Assembly: GCF_009914755.1 (NCBI RefSeq)
Contig: NC_060946.1
Source of the DNA: the human T2T-CHM13v2.0 reference genome, Homo sapiens
DNA length: 64,000 nt
Direction: 5' to 3' (one strand)
The notes under the pieces were generated by a model. The model saw only the letters and a list, made by a program, of their open reading frames with translations, ran no database searches and had not been told where the DNA came from. The position numbers were made by a program, and so were the translations under genes. Positions 54,271-64,000 of the stretch are shown one piece after another. Position 1 is the stretch's first letter. The number at the start of each line of letters is the position of its first letter.

Positions 54271-57200
54271 GAATCCAGCCCTCGAGACCTCGTCCCTGCT
54301 GGGGGTCACTGGGCCTGGCCTGCAAAGCCCCGCAGGGCGGCAGGTGCACCTGGCCCGGGAGTCACCCTCTCACCACACGACCCCTGGCCTCTCAGATACC
54401 CCGAGATGGGTCCCTTGGCCCCTCAGGCTGTCCAGCAGCCAACAGCCCTTGCTGAGCCCCTGCTGTGTGCAGCCCAGGAAGACACTCCCCACGCAGAGCT
54501 CGCCCCCAAAGCAAACAGGAGCGGGTGACAGCTGTGCTGGTGTCCCGGGCCGCTCACGTGAGCATGGATTAGGGGCAGTCTCTATGCCTGGTCATGTCTG
54601 AGGCTAGCACATGATGGGCAGGACTCAGCATTCCCTGGCAGCTCAAGGGTGGGGCTAGGGGGCCCAAGAGCACGCAGTCGCTGCCCCAGGCCCAGGCCCG
54701 TGGTCCTGGGGGACTCTGGGCTCTAGGGGGATGGGGGCGGCGCAGTGGTTGGAAGGAAGCAGCCTGCAGAGGGAAGCCCTCACCTGCTCAGAATCTCCTA
54801 TGCCTTCTGGACCCTCCAGAGCTTCACTGGTACTCCAGCCCTGCCCTCACCCTCCAGCCTCTCCTGTTAGCCCTGGAAGCTCCTGTCATTCCTGCAAAAG
54901 TGCTCTCGGCTTTCTGGCCCCAGAGCCTCAGCAGATGCTGTTCCGTCCACCTGGCACCCCCTTCCCTGCGCTCACCTCCAGTCTGGCCTGGGTCACCCCC
55001 TCCGGGAAGCCCTTGCTGACATCCCTGATTCGATGATAGTGCCTGGTTGAAACTCCCTGCCTTGTTGGGGGGCCCCAGGTTTCCAACAGACTTTCCTGGG
55101 ATACGAGGTTCTCCTGATGCTCACGCTGCCCCTTCGTTCTCCTGCCCCCACCGTGGCAGAACACTGCTCGGCTGGGGACAGTCACCTCTAAGCTCATTTC
55201 CAGTCAACAGAAGACACAAGAGACAAGCCTCTCTCGACACATGAGGAATAGGCCTGGGATGGGCTCAGGAGGCCTCCAGGCACGAGGGGGACCACAGCAG
55301 TGGAGGGGGGCCTAGTGTGAGCCTTGACCCTCTGAGGCGAGCAGAGCAACTGGAACCCAGGGGCCCAGGGCAAAGCCAGCACAGGGTCCTTAGAAGAAAC
55401 CATCTGTCTAATGGGGAGAAGTGAGCGCCCCATCCCCAGAGGCATACAAGCACCCACACCAGGTGATGGAAAAGGGATTGGAACTTTGCACAGGGGATTG
55501 ATTTGCCCTTTTAAGGGGTACCCTTTCAGCCCTCGAGATTTAGGCACAGCCCAAGGTCAACGCCTGAAAGGGGCTGTCCCACCCACACAGGCCAAGCCCC
55601 TTCTCAGGGCCAATCATTAATTGGCACTGCTTGAGTGGCTGTTCCCACGAGTGTCCTGGCAGCCTGCCAACCTATGGCCCAGCTCCCAGCCCATGCCAGG
55701 GCACCCAGCTGGCCTCGGACATGGCTGGCCTCCCTGATCAGCCCCTCTTCCTGCTCATGACTCCCCGCAGCTGAGCCCTGGAAGGGGAACGGGGCCTGGC
55801 GTGCTTGGGGAGGAGAGAGGAGTCAGATACGCCCGAAGCTCTGATTCTCAGAAGGGATGTGGGGAACCAGGGTGAATATGGGAGGCAGCTACTGAGATTC
55901 CCGGCTAAGAAGTTCACTTTATCCTGAGGCCATAAGGAGCTACTGCAGGTTTTGGAGGAAGAGCTTCTGTTTAACTCAGCAACTAGGGCTGGTGTGGGCA
56001 GGAGGCAGTGACAGCTGCCAGGGGAGGGCCAGAAAAGCAGACCATGCTGCAGCCATAGGGCAGAGCCCTGAGGTGTATGGGGAAATGATACCAGGTTTCT
56101 GCTGAGACAACTGGCCGGGAGAAAGCTGGGGACAGGAGATTTAAGTAACGGGTGCTGAGTGTGTCAGGCCAGAGGTTCGCATGGGTCGCAGGGAATGGAA
56201 GCCATGAGCAGGAGTGAGCCTGCGGCCAATAGGGCAGAGCGGGGCGAGGGGGCCAAGGTGCACCTGGAGGAGCTGCCACTTCCCAGCTGGGACTGGGCAG
56301 AGAAGTCCAGGCTACAAGCCGGGGCCCAGAAGCCAGGGAAGAAGGGGAAAAGTTGACACCAGGAAGGTCACAAGCGGCCCAGACCAAGAGCAGTAGGGGC
56401 GATCAAGGGTGTGAGGTGAGGATGGTGGGTGTGGACAGCTCTGCCAAAATGTTTGCTTCTGAAACGCTCGGGAAAGCAACAGGGGTGTCTTAGGTGGGCT
56501 CCCTAGCAGAAGAGACTGAGACGGGATGCAGCGCTCCCAGGATCGAGGAACAGGACAGGACACACAGCCATATGCCACACAGCCTGATCCCCAGGCGAGC
56601 TCGGGGACCCCACAGTGATGCCCAGGGTGGCCCACACGTCCCTCACCCCATGTCTCATGGTCCCAAATAAAGTCCAAGCTCCCAGCCCTCTGTCGAGCAG
56701 CAGGACGATTTCCACGTCTGCCCCTCTCCTGGCGCAGCGAGGCAGCAAGGATTAGCAGGAACAGCGAGGGACACCTGATCGACGCTCAGCTCCACCACAA
56801 CTCCCCGGGGGCTCGGCCGGGAGGCAGGGGCACCCACAGCTGCCTCTGAGCCCGCCAGCTCAGCGCTGAGGGGCCAGGCAGGCAGATGGGCCCTGGCATG
56901 AGTGAGCACTCGTGCCGACGCCCTCCCCACTGGGGTGGATGGGCAGCCCTGCCTGCCACAGCTGGCACCTGGAGGGAGGGAACTGCACTTGGGTGGTGGG
57001 GCCCCAGGGAGCGGGCGGTGCCACCCTCTTCGCTGTGCCAGGCGCCACCCACAGGCTGCTCACCACAAAGCGGGCCCCAGGGGCTTTTCCCCTGCGCCAC
57101 CCCCAGCCCCACACCAGCGTTCCAAGCCCTGCAGAACCTAGGTCTGGCCTGTGTCCCGGCAGCTGCGGCTCTGCTCGGCTCCAGGATCAGAAGGACATGT

Positions 57201-57483
57201 TATGCCCATGGGCTGGGCACCCCTGCAAGCCTGGCACTCTGCCAGTTATCCCCCCCCTCCTCTGCCTCTTGCCACAGCCTGGAGGGCAGGGTACATCACT
57301 AGCCCCACTCCCATGCACACAACAGCAGTTTACTGAGCACCTGGGAGAGCCATGGGGACCCACACGAGGGCCTACTGGCTCGGAGCTCACATCACCAGTG
57401 GGGAAGCTGAGGCCCTGAGCAGCCCCGAGTGACGTGTTCAAGGTCACACAGCTGGATTCAAACCCAGGTCAGGCTCCAAAGAT

Positions 57484-57486
<3 letters not shown>

Positions 57487-57516
<30 letters not shown>

Positions 57517-57789
57517 CCCCTGAGACAGAGTCTTGCTCTTTTACGCAGACCGGAGTACAATGGTGCCATCTCGGCTCACTGCAACCTCTCTCCGCCTCCC
57601 GGATTCAAGCAATTCTCCTCCTTCAGCCTCCCAAGTAGCTGGGATTGTCTGGCTAATTTTTGTATTTTTAGTAGAGATGGGGTTTCACCATGTTGGCCAG
57701 GATGGTCTCGATCTCTTGACCTCAGGTGATCCACCCCCCTCGTCCTCCCAAAGTGCTGGGATTACAGGCATGAGCCACCAGGTCCGGCC
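57487..57789 (-). mobile_element. AluS with a T30 tail and a short internal deletion, inserted in a MIR
   Basis: T run 57487-57516; gggatt|gtctggctaattt lacks the usual acaggcgc..ccacc segment; MIR sequence on both sides. Confidence 0.88.
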
Positions 57790-58578
57790 CAAAAGTCACT
57801 TTTTAAAGCCCCTCTCTGGGCTCAGTCTCCTTGTCTGTAAAATGGGCATGATGAAGCCTTACCCCCAAGGCTGTGAGGACAGGGAGGGGTTGTGGCCTCA
57901 GGGGCTGTGCACAGGCAGCAGGGATCTTGCCAGCCCACCTGGCAGGTTTCGGTGATTGCTTGGTGTCCATCAAACCACTCCCCACACCCGCCCACCCACC
58001 CTGCCCTCCGGCCATTGGATTCCCCGTGCTCCACGTGTCATGCTGGAGCATCCTGCACAGTTCACTCGGCTCCCTCTACCCAGCTCCACTCTCGGAATCT
58101 ACGACATTCACACAGCACTTCCTGTGCCCCAACTACCCCCTGCAGTAAGTGTTACTATTCCCTGCTCTCCAGATACAGGAATGGAGGTTCTGCCAGAAGA
58201 GGTAACGTGCCTCCCTCTACACGGCTGCTAGGCAGCGAAAGAATGGGCCCCAACCACTGCACGGCACCGCTAGCACCACCGCGCCACCAGCCTACAGGCC
58301 CAAGGGCCCACGGCCACGTCACGACGATGTCCTCCAGCCCCGAGCAAGGACCTTCATCTGCACACAGCCTGGCTCCCATTGAGGCCTCCCCTGCCCCAGA
58401 AGCAGTGGTGCTGCCTAGGGCCAGGCCAGGCACGCAGAAGGGCTCACAGGAAGGCAAAGAAATTGGCCCCCCAGGAGATGTGTGCAGAACAGCGGCCTAG
58501 GCTGGCCTTCAGTGGGTGGCCTGGCCTACTGCCCCTGGCCACAATGGCTGGGCCCCTTGAGCCCAGAGGCGCCCTTAC

Positions 58579-58805
58579 CTACTCGGAGCTCTTGCCCGAA
58601 GACGGTCTTCTCGCCGAGGGCAGAGCAGTTCCAGCGTCCGAAGCGGAACTGGTACTGGCACTCGTTGATGCCCATCTGCGCCCCCTCCCCAATCACAATG
58701 ATGGCATCGGGCCGACTCTGGCAGATGGCACGCTGCCGCGGGGCTAGGCCAGGAATCTTGTTGCAGATGATGTTGGCTCCCAGGGCCACCACGGATGACA
58801 GTGCT
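58579..58805 (-). CDS. WNT7B: Wnt-7b exon 2 (227 nt): (G)[75 protein letters not shown](G)
   Basis: Translation is recognisable WNT7B with the Wnt ECQ.QF...RWNCS motif. Acceptor ctccacAG at 58807-58806 has a pyrimidine tract; donor G|GTAAG at 58578. The phase matches exon 3. Confidence 0.98.
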
Positions 58806-59641
58806 CTGTGGAGGGGAGGAGACAGAGGCCGTGAGACGGCGGCGGCCAGCGCCCCTCCTCACCCCCAACACCTTTCCCCCACTCAGCCTCTCAGTCACAG
58901 GCCCTGCACTAGCTCCGCCCACCAGGGCACAAGCAGATCCCTGCCCTCAAGGGGCTGTTTCCCATCAACTCACATGCGTGACCCCAGGAGACCACACCAG
59001 TTCACCCCAACTCACACGCGTGACCCCAGCCACACACACCCAGGCCTCTGAGCCTCAGAATGGAGAATCACGCAACCGCAAGTCCCACAGCTCTCCAGGC
59101 CACTGAGTCAGATACACAGCCCTTCAGATCAGACAGCATCATGCTTGGGATGTGGCAGCCGCCAACTCGGGACTGTCTGCGCTGTCTCTAAGCGGCAGAC
59201 CCCAACTCCCCGACCAATGGGGCTTTCCCCTCATTTATAAATTCCCCGATGGCCCCTCCATGGCACCTGGGCCAGGCAGGCTGCTGAAAAGGCCGGCAGC
59301 CAAGCCCATCCGGTACTGACTCCAGCTCCGACCTGTGTGTAACTTTGAGAAGGCACTCCCCGTCTGAGCCTCAGTTTCCACACCCATGAAATGGGGGTAT
59401 AAAACACCCATCCCCCACCACCCAACCAAAGGCTCAGACGACCACAGGGAGAAAGCCCGCACCGGGAATGGTGGCTGTTGCTGTTTTCTCTCCTGTCAGG
59501 GTGACTGGGTGCACGCAGAGGAAGAAATTAGGCCTGCAGCAAATTGAGCACCTACTGTGTGCCGGGCTTGGCAGGGGCCTTATTGCAACACTGCAGCCTT
59601 GCAGTGGTCCACTGAGGGGAACTTTGTCATTAATCTCCTAG

Positions 59642-60035
<394 letters not shown>

Positions 60036-60042
60036 TTGTGTG

Positions 60043-60625
60043 TTTTTTTAATGAGGTGAAATTCCCATAACATAAAATGAACCATTTTGAAGTGTACAGT
60101 TCTGTGGCATTTAATACATTCGGTGTTGTGCAACCTCCAGCACCGTCAGGTTCCCAGATATTTCTGCCACCCCAGAAGGAAACTGTACCCATCAGTCACT
60201 CCCCGTTCTCCCCTCCCCGACCCAGCAACCACCAGTCTGCTTTCTGTTCCCATGGATTTGCCCATTCTGGATGTTTCCTATGGATGGAACCATTCATTGT
60301 GTGACCTTTGGCGTCTGGCTTCTTTCACTTAGCGTCGTGTTTTCAAGGGTCATCCACGTGGTCACAGGTCAGTGCTTCATGCGTTTGTAAGGCTGAGTGA
60401 TATTCCATTGTGTGGACAGACCATATTTTGTGTATCCATTCATGGCTGGGCATTTCGGCTGCTTCCACCTTTGGACTACTGTGAGTGATGCCGCCATGAA
60501 CGTGCGGGTAAGGTTTCTGTTTGAGCCTGTTTTCAGTCTCTGGGGCATGGACCTATGAGTTGCTGGGTCAGGTGGTCCCTTCGCTTTCTGAGGACTTGCC
60601 GGACTGCCCTCCACAGCGGCTGCCC
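60043..60625 (-). mobile_element. L1MB-like 3' end
   Basis: Minus-strand remnant FMAASLTVVQRWKQPKCP plus an L1MB-type 3' UTR. Confidence 0.8.
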
Positions 60626-61770
60626 CAGTCATCTGGCTTTAAGCACCCATGGAAGGGGCAGTGAGCTGGAAGGAGGGGGGCGGCTGGTTTCAGGCAGACC
60701 CGCAGGCAACAGTGGGTTTCAGCACAGCGCTTGGCTTCAAAACAACAGATCAGGCCTGTTTAGTGAGGGGGCAAGATGTGGGAGTTGGGGGGACCGCCGG
60801 GGGCTCCCCGAAGCTGATGCCCATGGCCCTGGGCCCCTAGTGTGCTGGGGACCCTTCTTCTACCTACTGCCCGCCCGCCCTTTTCTTGAGGGAAATAAGT
60901 CAGTGATTTTCCAGGGCGGCCGAGCACCCACAGCCAGCTGGAAAGTCCCCGTGCGGCCTGAGCCCACAGCACGTGCTGCAGCCGGGCTGCCAGGGTGACA
61001 CTCAATCCCCGAGGCCCGCCCGGCCCGCCCACTAATCTGGCCAAGACCTCCCTGGGTCTCCCATGGGCACAATGGGCAGAAAAGCCCCAGGCTGGCATGG
61101 AGGAAGAGCATCTGGATGGGTGGGGCTGGGAGCGGGCTGGAATCTGGGGAATTCAGCCCAAAGTAATTGTAGATCCTCGGAAAACCGAGCTGGGGAAATG
61201 AGATGGATGGGAACCCTGCCGGGCACCCTGTTTGCCGTGGGGCAGAGCCCGCCTCAGTCCCAGCCTGAGGGACACTCTCCAGTCCCAAATTCTCCCAGCA
61301 GGCTCAGGGCCGAGAAACCCCCATTATCTGCGGTAGGTGCCCTTGCTGGGGGGACCCTGATGGGACTTAGTGTGGACCCTGGGGGTGGCAATGGATCACT
61401 GCCATGGCCAAAGCCCTGGCTTCCCGCCACCAGCCAGCTGTCCACCACCGGCCCTGCCAGCACCCGGATCTGACCAAGTCCGTCTGCTCAAAGCCCATCC
61501 ATAGCTCTCCATTGCCCAGGGGACCGTCCCAGCCCCTGTGCCTGGAACTAGAGGCCTCATGGGGTCTGGCCTCGGAAGACCCCGCCTCCCAGCTGTGTCT
61601 GCTGGTCCCTCCCCTGGCTGCTGCCCCTTCTCCGTTTTTCTGTCTGACATATTCCATTTCCCTTTCAGGGCCCAGGTGAAAGCCCCACTGTGCTCAAGCT
61701 CCTGATTCCCTGGCACTGAGGGGGAGCGCGGTGGGCACTGGTTTTGCGGGTGTAGAGCTCATTCTGCAGT

Positions 61771-62043
61771 CTCACAGTCACCGTGTCCGTGCCCGGCTTC
61801 CCCTCACAGCCACCGTGTCCGTGCCCGGCTTCCCCTCACAGCCACCGTGTCCGTGCCTGGCTTCCCCTCACAGTCACCGTGTCCTCGGCTTCCCCTCACA
61901 GTCACCGTGTCCTCGGCTTCCCCTCACAGTCACCGTGTCCTCGGCTTCCTCTCACAGTCACCACGTCCATGCCCCGCTTCCCCTCACAGTCACCATGTCC
62001 CCAGCTTCCCCTCACAGCCACCGTGTCCATGCCCCGCTTCCCC
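61771..62043. repeat. Minisatellite with 32-bp and 28-bp variants, 9 units (intron 1)
   Basis: ctcacag-anchored units at 61771, 61803, 61835, 61867, 61895, 61923, 61951, 61983 and 62011. Confidence 0.95.
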
Positions 62044-62184
62044 AGCAGACGGTCGGCCCCTCCAGGACAGTGTCAAGTCTGCGCTCAGCCAGGTCTCCGG
62101 GCTGCCGGGTGTGGCCATCCCGAGTGTTTGTGGAATAGATAAATGAGTAAATGAACAAGTCAGTACTTAAGAACCACATCTGAA

Positions 62185-63100
62185 AGAACTACAACTCAAC
62201 AACAAAAAGACAAACAACCCAGTGTTACAATGAGCAAAGCGCTTGTAGACATTTCTACAAAGAAGATATACGCACCGCCAACAAGCTCTGGAGAAGACGC
62301 TCAACCTCAGTAATCACTGGGGAAGGGCAAACCAAAACCAAAATGAGATGCCACCTCACACCCACTAGGATGGCTATGATTTAAAAAAAAAAAAAAAAAG
62401 AAGAAGAAGAAGAAAGAAAAGAACAAGTGTTGCCAAGGATGTGGAGAAATTGAAACCCTCACACATTGACGATAGGAGCGGACAATGGTATAGCCACTGT
62501 AGACAATGGTTTGGCAGTTCCTCAATAAGTTCAACCTGGAGTCACCCAGGGATTCCACCCCTTGGCATAGATTCAAATGAACCGAAGACAGGTGTTTAGA
62601 CTAAAGTTTGTACACAAATGATCACAGTAGCACTATTCACAATAGCCAAACGCTGGAAACAAACTCAATGCCTGTCAACAGCTGAGTGGATAAACCAAAT
62701 GTGGTCCATCTATACAATGGAACATTATGTGGCCATAAAAACGAGCAAAGCACTGGGTCATGCCACGGCATGGAGGAACCTCAACAATACAATGTTACAT
62801 GAAGGAAGCTAGACCCCAAAACCACGTACTGTGTGGTTCCATGGCTATGAAACGTCCGGAATAGGCAAATCCATCGAGATAGAAAGTAGAAAGGTGATTG
62901 CCAGGGCTGGGAAGGGGAACGGGGAACAGGGAGTGGCTGCCTAATGGGTATGGAATTTCCATCTGGGGTGATGGAAAGTTCTGGAACTGGGGGTAGTGAT
63001 TGCACCACATTGTGAATGGACTAGATGCCACTGAATTGTTCACTTAAAAATAGTCAAAGTGGTAAATTTTATTTTACGTATTTTAACCACGATTTTAAAA
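62185..63100 (+). mobile_element. L1MB-like 3' ORF2 and 3' UTR
   Basis: MITVALFTIAKRWKQTQCLSTAEWINQMWSIYTMEHY (ORF 62618) and an L1MB-type 3' end. Confidence 0.85.
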
Positions 63101-64000
63101 AACTCTATCTATACACGGGACTTCTGCACCCCAGTGAAGATTAGGACCCAATTGAAGGGGATGCGAGAGGCCCACCCAGCCGACGCCCTGCTTGCCTTCT
63201 TGCACGCTTATCCGGGGTATGTGGGGCTGACAGAGCAGGGGGACTAGAGCCCCCAGCAGCCCCCTGCGTGCCCGTGCATGGGTTAAAGGGGAAGTAAAGG
63301 CATCAGGGAATAGAATACAGGCTCCTGCACTGTATTTTGTGCCAGGAGTATAAATAGTTAGATGTGGTTGATAATTCAGAAACAATTTCAAAATTGTCTC
63401 CCTTACTAAGTGGGGGTGTTTGTGTTCCCACTAAAAATACCAAGTGCTCCCATTCTGAGGGTTAACTCTGGGCCGTTGGGACCTCAGACCTCACCTATGT
63501 ATCATTTAATCCTCACCTTGCTAGGTGAGTGGTGCCATCCTCATTTTGCAGGTGTGCAGATTAGAGCTCAGAGAGGCTAGGGGACCTGTCTGGCACTGCA
63601 CAGCCAGGCTTGGAGCCCAGTCTCTGAATCCAGCACTCAGGTAGAAGAAGGAGTGCCACATAGTAAGTGTGGGACACACGCTGGAACATGGCCTGGAGCA
63701 GGCACTGTGTCGGCTTTTCATTCTCAAAACAGCTTAAGTTCTTCCTTTGCTTAAAATCCTTCAGGCTGTGCAGCAATTCATTCCAGGTGCACAGGCGGCT
63801 CCCATGCAGCTGCCATCCCTGCCCTCCCACTGCTGCCCCGGGCACTGTCCAGTCTGACCCCTGCCCTCCCCGAGCCGGCCTGGCCCTGCCACACCCCAGG
63901 CCTGGCCCATGCCATTCCTTCCACATGGAGGCGAGGGGGCTGGGGAGAGGGGTGACTGGGATGGGCCCTCCTTAGAGAATGGTCGGCATGGGAAGTGGGG

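Noticed and set aside
63260-63545. Possible alternative WNT7B first exon in an AT-rich intron 1 patch
   Set aside because: The ATG/donor combinations I checked either hit a stop or do not give the phase needed to join exon 2.

Overview
Primate (almost certainly human) GC-rich genomic DNA containing the 3' part of WNT7B on the minus strand: exon 2 (58579-58805), exon 3 (39754-40025) and exon 4 (coding 31497-31976, followed by a ~2.5 kb 3' UTR with AATAAA at 29033-29038). All three exons have canonical AG/GT borders and splice in frame. Exon 1 (signal peptide) lies beyond the right edge. Positions 1-29000 are downstream intergenic DNA. The rest is interspersed repeats (~17 Alus, L1 fossils, two MaLR LTRs, MIR/L2, a MER33-like element, a decayed hAT transposase) and many GC-rich minisatellites. 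Nearly all other ORFs in the track are GC-content or repeat artefacts. I found no evidence for a new multi-gene system. The best leads are: a 57-bp-arm hairpin inside a hAT transposase fossil; a two-monomer (A/B-coded) E-box minisatellite in intron 3; a dense YCAY cluster in the 3' UTR; a candidate intronic poly(A) site behind a long CA-rich tract; inverted Alus flanking exons 2-3; and several short AT-rich motif islands that look like enhancers. Repeat subfamily names and boundaries were called by eye and are approximate.
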